A stretch of 62,921 nucleotides of DNA, the filler included, from Reticulomyxa filosa (taxonomy: Eukaryota > Protista > Foraminifera), in assembly GCA_000512085.1 (NCBI GenBank). It is 17 parts of 17 records of this genome, joined end to end, with 100 filler letters (N's around TTAATTAATTAA, not from the genome) between each part and the next. Parts side by side here need not be neighbours in the genome. Positions count along the whole stretch, not along the records: positions 10,213 to 24,486 come from ASPP01005227.1; positions 24,587 to 25,762 come from ASPP01040859.1; positions 25,863 to 29,298 come from ASPP01009818.1; positions 29,399 to 30,457 come from ASPP01023156.1; positions 30,558 to 34,351 come from ASPP01021898.1; positions 34,452 to 39,264 come from ASPP01029303.1; 11 more parts are not named here. The stretch is one strand, 5' to 3'. The stretch's first letter is position 1. Every line of letters starts with the position of its first letter. Shown here in pieces: positions 24,096-36,990 of this stretch. Both the position numbers and the translations under genes were made by a program. The notes under the pieces are model-generated. The model was given only the letters and a program-made list of their open reading frames with translations, was not told the origin of the DNA and did not search any database.

Positions 24096-24437
24096 ATGGG
24101 AGTTCTGTGTAGTACAGGATGTATACAAAGCGATGGATTGAAGCTGCAATCCGATACTGATGCTGAAATTATCCAGCCAGAACTAAACCAAAAATTGCTA
24201 GATGACAATGAGGAAGTAAAAGAAGACGAAGACCAGTACGCAGGACGCGTGGTAGACGAAAGTCCGATCGAACAAGAGACCGAGACAATAGGAGAAGATA
24301 TAAAAGAAAAAGAAGAGCAAGAAAGCGCACATCGAGCAGGAATGGAGGACGATGGCGAAGACGAGCCAAAGAAGCAAACTCATTTGCCAAAGCCACCAAA
24401 GCGCACTCATAAGTCAAATTCAAACCATGTCTCAAAG
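24096..24437 (+). CDS. Acidic hypothetical protein with probable N-myristoylation/palmitoylation signal; 3' partial
   Basis: Starts MGVLCSTGC and is Glu/Asp-rich. Runs into an intron and the contig end. Confidence 0.6.
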
Positions 24438-25924
24438 TTGTGCTACTTAGAAGGGATGGGGAGAGGGGAGAGGGGGGAAGAAGGGGNNNNNNNNNNNNNN
24501 NNNNNNNNNNNNNNNNNNNNNNNNNNNNNNTTAATTAATTAANNNNNNNNNNNNNNNNNNNNNNNNNNNNNNNNNNNNNNNNNNNNACATTTGTTTTCTA
24601 AACCTTAATTAATTTATCAAAAATTAGCAATGTTTTATCAAAATATAGAAACATTTAACAGTTGACAAACCACAAATTTGAATATAAAGAAAAATTAGTT
24701 GTGAAGACATCACTTGGTAATTAGCAATAAATTGCTGCTATCGAACATAGTTTTAATTGAATAACACTTTATTATATGAGTATTTGTCTCTTTGTTAGTA
24801 TTTTTTATGATAAATTGATAATTGAATATGTTTTTATTTTCCCATTATTCTGTAACATGTAAAAAAGAACAAAAAACTGATCATCCTTATGAACATATAC
24901 ATTCAAAACATAATTCTTTAAAAATCTGTTTTCTTATTTTGAATAATATGCTATTAATTAAAGCAATGAATATAATTCACTCAGAATTAATTCAGATTCA
25001 AAGCGAAGCATATTCATGACACTTTTAATGATTTTTTTGTTCTTTGAATCAATTTTAAAAAGAAAGTTGTAAAATTGCATGGAAAAATAATGTTTTTAAA
25101 GATTTTGAAACTAGTCAAAGAAATGATTGCATTTACCTTATTCTAATATCAATATGGGCTGTCTCACTGAAGACAATAAAAGAAAAACAAGCAACTGAAA
25201 TTGCAATTAAAATTGTTTTCATAACTATAAACCACATTGCTGCATCGAAATCTGTATAATGCCAGTTACAGTTTTTCCTCAAAGCAATATATATAATCAT
25301 TTTACAATCTCTTTTGTATAGTTATTATAGTAATCTCACATTGTCCAGCTCAATCCTTGTAATGTATCTATCACCCGATTTATCAACTTTCTACTATTGT
25401 GCTTCGTTACACGTGTGCTACTTATTAACAATGTTTTTTGCATATATCTTACTTTAATTTTTATGAATTTTTTCATAACTGACGTTAATTTTTGAATAAC
25501 TATCAATTGGTAACTTTATAATCTTTTGATTTAATACAATTATCTTCATTAATTTTTCTTTGCATATGAACCATCTTTGAAAAAAGGGTATTTTAATGAG
25601 TATTCATTAGTTGTACATTATCCTGAAGTGAATAACCACGAAATTGGCCATATTATGGGAAAAAAAAAGGAAGTTTGATATGAAGTAATGTAAAGATAAA
25701 ATATTGATGCATAGTGACTGGTATTGTGTAGAAAGTCAAGACACCACTGATTATGACATCATNNNNNNNNNNNNNNNNNNNNNNNNNNNNNNNNNNNNNN
25801 NNNNNNTTAATTAATTAANNNNNNNNNNNNNNNNNNNNNNNNNNNNNNNNNNNNNNNNNNNNTTATATGTTAATGTATTTATAATTTTTTTTAAAAAAAA
25901 GGGGTCGTTGTGATTTTGTTAAAG

Positions 25925-26729
25925 ATCGGAGCTGAAAGATAGTGATAGTATTGCGAAATTAGTGGAACTACAACAAAGAGAATTGGAGGAAAAAAAACAA
26001 ATGTATGACCAAAATTGCCAGCTTTTGGAAATGACTGACAAAATATCAATGAGATGGGATGATATGTGGAAGACAATGAAATGGGAGAAATTGTATTGGG
26101 ATAAACGAAAGAGTGTATATCAAGTGACACAAATGTTTGGTGGGGATGATACATTTGCTGAAATGAGTAAACAGATCATTGACACGTGCTATCAGTATAG
26201 TGACATCACTGGAATTGAATGGATCGATTTTGGCTTGGATGAATTGAGACTGGAGTCGTTGATTGCATCATGGATTAAAAATGTATTTTTCCGTGATCAG
26301 TCCTTGAAACAAGCGTTGACTGATGCTGGCATCCTTGCTCCTGAAATAGATGTTGGCGCGACTGCAAATTTAAAAATTAAAGGCTTTGTGCTGCGAGAAC
26401 AGGCGGCTGATCAAAACCTGAACGATCTCAAAGCTTTTGTTTATCAAGCCAAAGGACTTGGGTTAAATGAAAATGGTGCTGTCACTACAGTTCATGCGGA
26501 TGGTAGTCATATCACTCTGGACTTGTGTCTTGGGGAATCCTTTGAAGGTGGATCTCTTTCCTTTTTTTCGCAAGATCGTTCAGAATATGATTCCACGTCT
26601 CTTCCTGTCTTCCAACTGCAACATCAAATTGGACATATGTCTGTTTTTTCTGGAGAGACTCTTCATTGTGTCGAACCCATTCGCTCTGGTGTTCGAATCA
26701 ACTTGGTTGTGTTTGTCACTTTTCCATGA
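25925..26729 (+). CDS. 2OG-Fe(II) dioxygenase (OGFOD2/PLOD C-terminal-like); 5' partial
   Basis: HxD...H...R set: VHADGSHITLDLCLGESFEGGSLSF ... LHCVEPIRSGVRINLVVF. Confidence 0.88.
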
Positions 26730-27887
26730 GCAATCAGTTGTTTTTCACAGGTATAATGTTTCCATCTTTTGCAAGGTTATATTTCTTTTGAAATAACATT
26801 AGCACATTGGTACTTTTTTTTTCCTTCATCTTTGGTCATTTTTTTTCAATTTAATTATTTCAAAAAAAAATTAACAACAAATTTGTCGTCTATTCTTATA
26901 ACTTTTCATTGGTGTAGTTATAAGAAACTTAACGAAAGCTGCATTCAAAGAGAAGTAATAAAAAAATATTTAATATTGGTTTATTTCTTTTAAATAAACA
27001 AATAAATACGATATACTCAAATGACTATCATTTAAAAAAATATGCAGGTTGGCAGACCCATGGAGAGTAAGTGACCACGAAATAAATATTGCAAGAATAA
27101 GAATCAGCTGCAGAAATGTAATTGCAACACATGCAAAATAGAATGAAAAGACAATGAGACCACAAGTCAGAAGGGATATCATATGTCTTGGACAAAATGT
27201 GTGGACCACTTTGATAGAGAAAATATGTGTAGAAAAAGAACAGTGCCGAGCAAGTGGCAATGAAATACAAGGTTCGTAAATGCAATACATTTAGACATAC
27301 GAATAAGCAAGCATTGAGAAGTGGCTAAGATTTGCATTGTGGAAGTGTATTCGAGAAAGCCAACCACAACTATGGGTGATATTGTTAGAGACACATTTGT
27401 TCAAGAATGAATGAATCACCAATAGGAATTAGCACATTTTTAAATCTAATTTTATTCTCAGAGAAAGACAATTTTAAAATAATGTCCAAGTAATAAACAT
27501 ATTTCTTACAACTTAAAAAATGATTTGAAAAAGAAAAAAAGTATAGTTTTTTCAAAAGAAATAGTTTTACTTATAAACAGATAGATAAATGGAGAACGAA
27601 ATTCCTTTAATGAACAAATACAATAAATTAATTAATATTTGAAGATTGAAATGATGATTATAAAGTAGAACATGCAATTATCATCATAAAGATTATTGTA
27701 TTCAATTTGGATAAATTTTAGGAAATAAATCGTGCTATTTTGTCAACAAATGATTATATATATAATCATTGTTTTTGATACTTAATTATTTACAAAATTA
27801 ATTTAATAAAGTGAATTCAAATGAAAGTTGACACAAAACCAAAATTTTAGTATCAAATTGTGATTATTTTTTCTGGTTTACTGTATA

Positions 27888-27975
27888 TACGTTTACACTT
27901 TTATAAGTAATTGTAAAAACAATAAACAAAAATTTATAAAAGTTTTTTGAAGAAAAAAATTTTCAAAAATGATTG
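27888..27975 (+). repeat. Left TIR of the Tc1 element
   Basis: Reverse complement of 29208-29295. Confidence 0.93.
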
Positions 27976-28129
27976 GAAGGTAGTAGTTTTCCTGTTGGAC
28001 TTGCTTTAGTTTCGTCAAAATTTTCAACAAGTTTTTTGTTTTTATTATTATTCTTTGGTTTATAGTCATGACTCAAAGCTGTCTGGAATACGACAATAAA
28101 TTTTATTTGAAAGAATAAGTATGTAAATG

Positions 28130-29059
28130 TCGTATCGTGATGATGTCTAGCAATTTGGGATACATCATGACAAAGCAAAAAAAGTTTACATCAGCATCAT
28201 CAACAGTGGAATGATTAAACGAAAAACAGGCTCTATATGCCTAAAACGTATACTGATAGAGACTCTATGCTTGCGATGCGCATAATTTACTCTGATATGC
28301 AAAAACAGCAGTAGATTTGCGACGACTACTCGTACGAACATACGAAAGAGCGTTTTCCTTGGTCACTTTGAAGAAAATTTTAAAATCACATGGCTTAAAT
28401 GGTCGCATACTTATCAAAAAGACTAAGTTAACTAAGCGCAATAAAGAGTTACGTTTAGAGTTCGCCAAAAAACATAAATCATGTACCAAAAGTTATTGTG
28501 ATTTTTTCCGATGAAACGAAAATAAATCGTTTCTGAAGTGACAGAAAATAATACATTTGACGAAAACCTAATGAAATGATTTCCGGTCGTACTGCTAAGC
28601 CTATTGTGAAAGGTGGTGGATGAAGCATAATGATTTGGTGAAGATGCCAAAATCACAGTAACTGTTAACTCTGAGTTGTATAAAGAGATTCTCGCTGGCG
28701 AAATGTGGAACTCTAGTCAATATTGTCTCGAAGAAAAGTATATGATGACTTTATCTTTCGACAAGACAATTCATCTTGTCACAAGTCAAATTCAACTATA
28801 GAATTTTTGGAGAATAATCGAATATCGATATTAGAACATATTACGCAGAGCCCAGACCTTAATCAAATCGAGAATATGTTGCGAATTATAAAGATGAAGA
28901 CCAACAAAACCATGATGTTAAATCTTTAGAGCAGCTTTGTGATGTGTTGAGAAAGAATATTAAGAAATTGACAAAGATATTTGTAGAACGTTAGTGGAAT
29001 CAATGTCTGATATGATAAAAGCTTTGATCAAAGCAATGGGTGGTCATACGAAATATTAA
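28130..29059 (+). pseudogene. Tc1 transposase pseudogene
   Basis: LKSHGLNGRILIKKTKLTKRNKELRLEFAKKH, VIFSDETKINRF, KGGG*SIMIW, FRQDNSSCH, QSPDLNQIEN (34 residues between the second D and E), IKAMGGHTKY*. Multiple stops and frameshifts. Confidence 0.92.
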
Positions 29060-29207
29060 GAATTTTTGTTGGTGTTTTTTGTTTGTTTTTATTTGTTTGT
29101 AACGATAGTTATTATATATACTGTGGAAGCATCTTCTTGTAAATAATTTTGTAAAAAGCAAATAAATTCTGCTACCTCAAGATGATGTGTATATGTTGTC
29201 TCAATTA

Positions 29208-29295
29208 CAATCATTTTTGAAAATTTTTTTCTTCAAAAAACTTTTATAAATTTTTGTTTATTGTTTTTACAATTACTTATAAAAGTGTAAACGTA
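29208..29295 (-). repeat. Right TIR of the Tc1 element
   Basis: Reverse complement of 27888-27975. Confidence 0.93.
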
Positions 29296-29398
29296 TATNN
29301 NNNNNNNNNNNNNNNNNNNNNNNNNNNNNNNNNNNNNNNNNNTTAATTAATTAANNNNNNNNNNNNNNNNNNNNNNNNNNNNNNNNNNNNNNNNNNNN

Positions 29399-29790
29399 TA
29401 ACGGACGTTCTTAGAGATTTTTGCATCCATTCGACAATATTTAGATGAGCAATCCAATGATGGAGGGCACTATTCGTATTTCCTTTTTCTTTGTTGATGA
29501 CGTATTTGTTCTTGACGTTCTCGAGTGCCATGGTTCAACGATTTTTGATATGCCAAAGTTCACTATGCGATTCACAATTTCGACTCGAATCCAAATCCAA
29601 AAAATACAAATTGGCGATTTGTATTTCATTTTTCTCCCAAGTGCTGGGATAATGCAACGAATACAAAGTATTGCGTGTACGTACGCGTATACGCAACTTT
29701 CGAGTTTCAATCGGAACTCCACCGCGATCTGCCGGCGGCGAATTTCTTTGGAGATGTTGTTGTTGTTCTTGTTCTTCTTCTTCTCTTCAT
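29399..29790 (-). CDS. Possible hypothetical protein fragment
   Basis: GC-richer stretch reading EEEEQEQQQHLQRNSPPADRGGVPIETRKLRIRVR...HIKNR*TMALENVK..., with one internal TGA and no recognisable family. Confidence 0.3.
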
Positions 29791-29829
29791 TTTTCTTCTT
29801 TTTATTCTTCATTTTACTCCCCTTCTCCT

Positions 29830-29960
29830 CTTTCTTTTTAATTTTTTCTCTTTTTCTTTTTAATTTTTTCTCTTTTTTCTTTTTAATTTTTTCTTCTTTT
29901 TTCTTTTTAATTTTTTTCTTCTTTTTTCTTTTTAATTTTTTCTTTCATTTTTAATTCTTT
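29830..29960. repeat. Imperfect ~22-24 bp pyrimidine-rich tandem repeat (TTTCTTTTTAATTTTTTCTC..)
   Basis: About five copies of the core tttctttttaatttttt. Confidence 0.65.
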
Positions 29961-30603
29961 TTTTTTCCCTTTTTTTTCACGTTTCATTTTTTTTTCATTT
30001 TTAGATGTTTTTTTCATTTTTTAATTTTCCATTCTTTTTAATTTTATCATTCTTTTCTTAAATAAAAATTTACGAACTTTTTTTTCCCAACCCTTTTTTT
30101 CCCTCTATTAAACCCCCAACCCTTTTTTTCCATCTATTAAACCCCCATCCCTCTCGAATAAAAAATAAAAATATAAAAATAAAAAAATATATATTTTTTA
30201 ATCTTGTCTTGATATCGGTTCCTATAAGCACATTCACAAAGTAAATATTTTTTTCATTTTTAAAAAACAAATAAAAACAAACTTTTGTATTGAGCTAAGA
30301 GCTCCCATTCCAATCATCTTTTTTTTTTTTTTCTTTTGCAACGGGGAGGAGGTAAGTAAAGTTTTTTTTTGATGGAGGTATGCCTATTCACAAACATACA
30401 AACGTTTGAAAAAAAATAACAAATAAAATAAATGAAATAAACAAACCATTTAATTTTNNNNNNNNNNNNNNNNNNNNNNNNNNNNNNNNNNNNNNNNNNN
30501 NTTAATTAATTAANNNNNNNNNNNNNNNNNNNNNNNNNNNNNNNNNNNNNNNNNNNNAAAAACACAAACCAATCAAACAAGCAAGACAAAAAAAAAAAAA
30601 AAG

Positions 30604-31750
30604 AAAATCCGCCACCGATCCAAAGATATCAAAACTTGGTGAACGCAGGGACATTACGAACAGATGCGAATCAGCATGAAGTGATGAAAGCATTGCAAAA
30701 GCTGTACGAAGAGGTAAGCGAATACAAATTGCCGGAGCTGCCGAGCGAGCCGACCGGGGACATTCCAATGGGGACATTTGAGTATCAAACGACAAAAGTG
30801 AGCGAAGACACATCGATGTGGAGCCGTTTATTCGGAGGAGATGGACAATCCAAGCAGGAAAGCGTATCTCAGAAAAGCGGCGAAGCGATGGAATATTTCA
30901 CCGAGGGATTGCGTCCACCAAAAGGATTGTATATATTCGGAGGAACCGGAACCGGCAAGACAATGCTAATGGATATTTTTTATGACAGTTTGTCTGAACA
31001 GTTTTGATGTATACATATACATATACATATACATATATGCAATATGCAATATGCATATTGCATATTGCATATTTTTTAAGCCAAATATAAACAATTGCCA
31101 AAAAAAAAAAAAAAAAAAAAACGAATTGAGCACAGCTTGCCATTGAAAAAGAAACGCGTACATTTCAATAAGTTCATGCTGGACATTCATGACTCGATCC
31201 ATCAACACCGCGAACGAATCAAGAAGCAAGGACTTTCTCCGAAAGAATCAATGGCGATCGACCCCTTGCCAAACGTGGCGCTGAACTTGTGCCGATCGGA
31301 ATGTAATGTGCTGTGCTTGGATGAATTCCAAGTCACCGATATCGTCGACGCCGTGCTGCTAAATCGGCTGTTCACTTGCTTGTATTATTATGGCTTAGTC
31401 TGCGTGTGCACCAGCAATCGCCATCCAAACGATTTGTACAAAAATGGTTTGCAGAGACAACAGGTGTTTGTTCCATTCTTGAAACTATTTGCCAAGAAAC
31501 AATTGTATATCGATTTGAACAGTATTGACTATCGCGACACTGGATTGCATTTGAAAAATATTTATTTTCATCCGATGCCGGATGACCCCACTCCTACCAC
31601 GGCAAAAGACAAATTCGAAAAGGCATGGAATCAAATCAAAGAAGGTTACAAAGTCCGAAAGGAAGCTGATAAGACTATTGTCGTTATGGCCGGAAGGCAG
31701 TTGTATTGTCCCCGAGTTATTGGAAGTTTGTTTCTTATTTTTGTGTGTGT

Positions 31751-31789
<39 letters not shown>

Positions 31790-32300
31790 AATATATGATG
31801 ATGACAATAATAAGCTCTCAGAAAAATCCCAAATCCCATTGCCAAAACTTTTGTCGTTGGATTTTTGAATAGACAGTCGTGGTGTTCGTTTTCACTTCAG
31901 TGACTTGTGCAGCAAGCCTTTAGGCACTGCGGACTTTCATGCCTTGGCTCATAACTTCAGCACTCTATTCATTGAAAATGTCCCCAAATTTAGCTTGGAA
32001 AACCGTAATGAAATGAAGCGGTTCATTTTGTTAATCGATGAATTGTACAACAATAAAAACCGATTGGTTTGCTTGGCTGCAGACAAAATTGATAACTTAT
32101 TGGAAATGCCAAGTCGTGATGGTTCCACTAACCCCTCACAAAAATCTGACTCGAGCCAAACCTCGAATTATACTCATGAGGAATTCTTTCAGTTTGATAG
32201 GTGCGTTTCCCGTTTGCATGAAATGCAATCCAAGGAATACTTAGATAACTTTCATAGATATTGGCGAAGTGATGAGTCTGAATTTTTGGGTGAAGAATAA
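30604..32300 (+). CDS. AFG1: AFG1/LACE1/ZapE-family mitochondrial ATPase; 5' partial
   Basis: PPKGLYIFGGTGTGKTMLMDIFY (Walker A), RVHFNKFM, LCLDEFQVTDI (Walker B), TSNRHPNDLYKNGLQR, LCSKPLGTADF, RFILLIDELY, FDRCVSRLHEMQS. Three exons. Confidence 0.95.
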
Positions 32301-33183
32301 ATTTATTTCACTTTTTTTTTTCCGTTTTTTGGAAAAGCAAATTGGAAGACGGTGTTTTGTTTTTTGGTTGGTTGTTGAGCAAACAACAAAAAAAGATATG
32401 CTTAGAGCATAATCTCTGGCCATGTTAACCTTTTTGAGAATTGATCCAATATTTCATTTTTTTTCGTTTTCCAAAAAATTGGTCGTAGTTTATTATTTCA
32501 AACCATCATAGAAAAATAGTCCTTTTTTTTTAGTGAAATTGTATACAATTTTGAAATAGTGACGCTGACAGTCTGGATAATTGACTGAGAAAAATCCTTT
32601 TTTCTTGTCAAAGAAATTAGTGACAGCCTCAAATTTACATCAGGATACAAACTACCACACCCCATTTTTATGAAATTTGTGTTGGAATTGACTCAAAAAA
32701 CTTTGGACGAGAAGAGGAAAAAAACCAAAACAAAAGAAAATGAACAACAACAAGAACAAGAACAACACACGACAACAACAAACATCAAATAATTATTCAA
32801 AGGCAACACGAACAACTTTTTTTTTGAAATTTTCCTTTTTTTTTTCTTCTAAAGAGACAATGCAACTCAAGAGGTAGTCTTTGGAGTGGAGGAAGAACGA
32901 CAAAGAAAAATGACACAGCAACAACAAAAATAACAAAAGTCAACCAATACACCTACAAACCAAATTAGTTTCTTTTGTAACCCTTGCGTTGTTGTGTCAT
33001 TAGGTCAGTCAATATCATGTTAAAAAAATACACATACACATTATCTTCTTGAGAGAATAAGTTAACCAGGAAAAAAGAAGAAGAAGAAAAAAAAAAATTA
33101 AGCGAATTTATTTGCCCAGTTGAAGGCATTTCGTCCAAGAGTTGAAGAAAAAGAAAAAAGAAAAAAAAACAAACAACCAAACA

Positions 33184-34248
33184 TTATTTTGGGCTATGAG
33201 GCGCCCACAAGCGAATATCATTGTCGTAACACGTGGTTGCAAACTGCTTTCCGTCATGGGCCAAAGAGATGCTTCCAAATCTGTCAGGATGTGTTAATTT
33301 TTCAGATTGTTGTTTTCCAGACAAGGTATTCCATAAAATGCATTGCTTTTGATTTTTGTATCCAACACAGATGAAGGCTCCAGTTTTGCTCACTGACAAA
33401 TCCTTGACTTCATAACGACTAGCGTTATTTTTGGAGAAGCTACCTCCATTCATTGGTGTCATGCGATGTGTGTGATGATTGTCAGTGAGATTAGTGTCAG
33501 TTGAGGAATACAATGGTCGTGCTTTGTCTATGTGTGTGTTTGAACAAAACAAAACAAAAAAAACAAACAAAAATATATACATATATACATATATATATGT
33601 ATATATGTATATATAAAAAATAATCCAACAAATTACCCAATTGTACGTATCCTCTTTATTATCATCGTCAATCGAAATGTAATTTTGAAGAGAGAAAGGA
33701 TAGTTGTGTGGATCAAACAAATTGACAACGGAATGGACTCTGGTATCATAAAGTCGAACAATGCCGTCATCAGATCCAGTGACAAAAGTGTGAGCAATAG
33801 GAAGCCATGAGACGACATTGAAATCAGAATTTCCGCAGTAGGTATGCACTGATTTGTTATCTCTAGAGTCCCAAATTTTGCATCGTTTGTCGACGGATCC
33901 AGACAAGAGTATATTGCGATGGCCAGCGGCGAATGACGACGAAGAGTCGGTGGCGCCCGTCGCAGAGGAAGACAAGCTGATCGAGCAAACGTCGGATTGA
34001 TGTTCCAGCAATTGGCACATGGGTTTTTGTTTGGTAATATCCCAGTAAATTATCGTGCTGTCGCCAGAGCACGTCACAATTTGAGAATCGTCCACAAACT
34101 CCAATCGAGGTATGTACCCATCATGTCCAGTCAGTTCCGCCACTGGTCGATAGGTGTCTTTCGGTTGCACTCCGTTTCGGAGGACACTTTTTCGAACATT
34201 CCATACGCTACAAGTGTTATCCAATCCTCCGGTTGCCAAAAAGTCACC
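33184..34248 (-). CDS. Heterotrimeric G-protein beta subunit-like WD40 protein; 5' partial
   Basis: ATGGLDNTCSVW, ELTGHDGYI...FVDDSQIVTCSGDSTIIYWDI and FVTGSDDGIVRLYD are G-beta hallmarks. An intron at ~33530-33644 is read through by the ORF track. Confidence 0.85.
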   Translation of the reverse strand, partial: GDFLATGGLDNTCSVWNVRKSVLRNGVQPKDTYRPVAELTGHDGYIPRLEFVDDSQIVTCSGDSTIIYWDITKQKPMCQLLEHQSDVCSISLSSSATGATDSSSSFAAGHRNILLSGSVDKRCKIWDSRDNKSVHTYCGNSDFNVVSWLPIAHTFVTGSDDGIVRLYDTRVHSVVNLFDPHNYPFSLQNYISIDDDNKEDTYNWVICWIIFYIYIYTYIYVYMYIFLFVFFVLFCSNTHIDKARPLYSSTDTNLTDNHHTHRMTPMNGGSFSKNNASRYEVKDLSVSKTGAFICVGYKNQKQCILWNTLSGKQQSEKLTHPDRFGSISLAHDGKQFATTCYDNDIRLWAPHSPK

Positions 34249-34312
34249 TTTTTTATTTTTTATTTTTTTTTTTTTAAAATATACAATTTGTTTCTATTTA
34301 TTCATTTACTTT

Positions 34313-34351
<39 letters not shown>

Positions 34352-35350
34352 NNNNNNNNNNNNNNNNNNNNNNNNNNNNNNNNNNNNNNNNNNNNTTAAT
34401 TAATTAANNNNNNNNNNNNNNNNNNNNNNNNNNNNNNNNNNNNNNNNNNNNGGGTTGTTTGAAATAAGAGGAGGAGGAGAAGACTGATTGATGCACGATC
34501 CACAAAAATTTGTAATAAGTACAAGATTTCGGCAAGAATTCCTTATCATTTTTTTTTCCTCCTTTGAACTACAAAACAATCTTTCTTTGGACTCAACAGA
34601 GCTTTTCATGCAAAAAAAAAAAAGATTATTTTATATACCTCTCAAAAGTGCATGTTTTGGCATTTTGTCTATCTCAATTAAGAATAAAAACTGATCTGTC
34701 GTTTTTAAACTTTTATTTACAGGCCAAAAACCTTGGATTTTGAGATATCGTGATAAAATTGTTTACTTGTATTTTTATCAAAAATTTTTTCTACTCTTTT
34801 GTAAAATAGTTAAAAAAAGTACTCTTTTTGACAAGCAACAAAACGACATTGTTTAGAACACATCCATATTTTTTTTTGTCCAGTGTCCCAAAAAGACGGG
34901 AAATTGTTTTAAAAAAAACTATCTAATTTTTTTTTAGTCTGATATAATAACTTTGTTTTTGATTGTGTACTTAGTTTGAAAGAGAATTCCACAATAGTTT
35001 GATGATTAATATGCAAGCTACTGATCAATCACAAGTATTGATTCTCCCAGGTGACTTTAAACTTAAAAGCGATGGGAAAAATTTTTTCAAATAAGTAAAT
35101 GTTCCCATTTTTCATTGGAAAAAAAATAGTGTTGAAAATGGCCACCTTTACTTTTGATGCAATTAACGATGAAAGTAAAAACAAGTATAACTTGGATTGT
35201 AAAAGAATTGGACTTTGTGGAGGGATGAACCACACAACAGAAAAAAAGGTGAAATCAGCCTCTGAACAAAGAATGGGAAATGATACACAAACGCCACACT
35301 TGGTAATAACATTATGAACTATTTAGTTGATATCACACGTTTACACACAC

Positions 35351-36574
35351 ATGGAAACAAGACAGCAAACACAACAAACAACAAAACAGACCGATGAAAT
35401 AATTGCAATTGTTTTGGAAAATTGGGTTCGAATAGCAGTAATTTATTTAGGATGGATTAGAGAATTTGATCAACTTATTGCAAAATATGTTGCGTTGTTT
35501 TGTTTTTTGTTTGTATGGGTGATATCAATATCAATGATGCATTGATTTATAAAAAAAAAAAAAAAAAAGGCCAAATATTTTCGACTATTAAAAATTTTTG
35601 ACGTTGATTCATATCGGGCCAATATTGTAAAATTTTCACCAGATGGCAAAACTTTTTTGTCCACAGAAAATCAAAAGATCCAAATATGGGATGTGGAATC
35701 AGGAAAAGAGTTGAAAAAAATGAAAGGACATGTAGACACGATAGCAGATATTCATTTTTCAGCAGATGGACAGAGAATTGTATCGAGTTCATATGACGGA
35801 ACGATTCGATTATGGAATGTAAGCACTGCCAAATTGTTGCAAAAGCTGAGTGGATATACGTCCGGTATAATGAATGTACGCTTTGCACCAGATGGCTCCT
35901 CCATTGTATTTCTCACAAGTGATGAAAAGCTCAGGATATGGGATTTGACACATGATGGACGTGTAATAAAATTTCAAGGCCATGCACACCTTATCGTAGC
36001 AGCTGTGTTTTCACCTGATGGTCGTAGCATTGCCTCCTGCTCTGCTGACAAAACAATTCGATTGTGGGATGTTAACTCAAAACAGTCAATCCATGTATTG
36101 AAAGGACACACTTCAGCTGTGAATGGAGTGCAATTTTCATCAGATGGTCAAACTCTTTTGTCTTGTTCAGAGGATAAAACAGTTCGGCTGTGGGATGTCA
36201 GATCAGGACAACTTGTACGGACATTACAAGGACATACCAATTATGTGACAGGAGCCAAATTTTCTCCAGATGATCGTCTCATTATGTCCTATTCGGATGA
36301 TCAAACTATTCGATTGTGGAATACTGCGTCAGGAACAGAATTACAAACTTTCACAGGCCATACAGATGCTATAATGGATGCGCATTTTTCACCTGATGGA
36401 TGTTATCTTTTGTCATGCTCTTATGATAATATCAGGTTGTGGGATATAACCACTGGACAGGAAGCCCAAAGATTGAGCGAACATTCTGGGTGTATCATAC
36501 TTATGTGCTATTCACCAGCTGGTGACTACTTTGTTTCATCTGCTAACGATGGAACAATTCGGTTGTGGGGATAA
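35351..36574 (+). CDS. WD40-repeat protein (8 repeats) with short N-terminal helical module
   Basis: Exon 1 35351-35488 ends ...IVLENWVRIAVIYLGWIREFDQLIAKY. Phase-0 intron 35489-35569. Exon 2 35570-36574 has eight GH...FSPDG...LWD repeats. Confidence 0.93.
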
Positions 36575-36990
36575 CAACTCATTTTTACAAAAAATAAAAC
36601 ACTTAATTCAATAAGCATATTGAAAAATTAAAAATTAAATCAATGCTATGTTATATTTTTTAATTTTTTTAAAAAGAAGACTGATTAATCTCAATATATA
36701 CTTATTTTTTTAGACATTATATCGACATTTATGGTCTATACATTAGCAAAAAAATTAAGCAAATTTTAATTGGTCAACATTCCAAAAAAAAATATTAAAA
36801 TTTTTTTTATTTTTATTTACAACGCACAAATATATTTCATCTTTTATGTTTTTAATCTTAGCACAAATCCAAATCGAATGTTGAAAAACGGTAAAATCAG
36901 TAGGTACAAAATTTGAAGTAAAAGTGCTCCTCCAAAATAACATAAATAACATAAATAACATAATCTCCAAGCAAAAATCTGTGTTATCTG

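Larger units (their letters stand above)
27888..29295 (+). mobile_element. Tc1-family (DD34E) DNA transposon, full length, non-autonomous
   Basis: Terminal inverted repeats of ~88 bp (27888-27975 and 29208-29295, TACGTTTACACTTTTATAAGTAATTG...), flanked by TA on both sides, with transposase remnants inside. Confidence 0.95.

Noticed and set aside
24587-25762. Whole contig as a possible gene or transposon relic
   Set aside because: AT-rich with stop-riddled frames, no recognisable motif or terminal repeats.
26970-27394. Three overlapping hydrophobic minus-strand ORFs, possible membrane-protein pseudogene
   Set aside because: No family motif recognisable and the frames are inconsistent.
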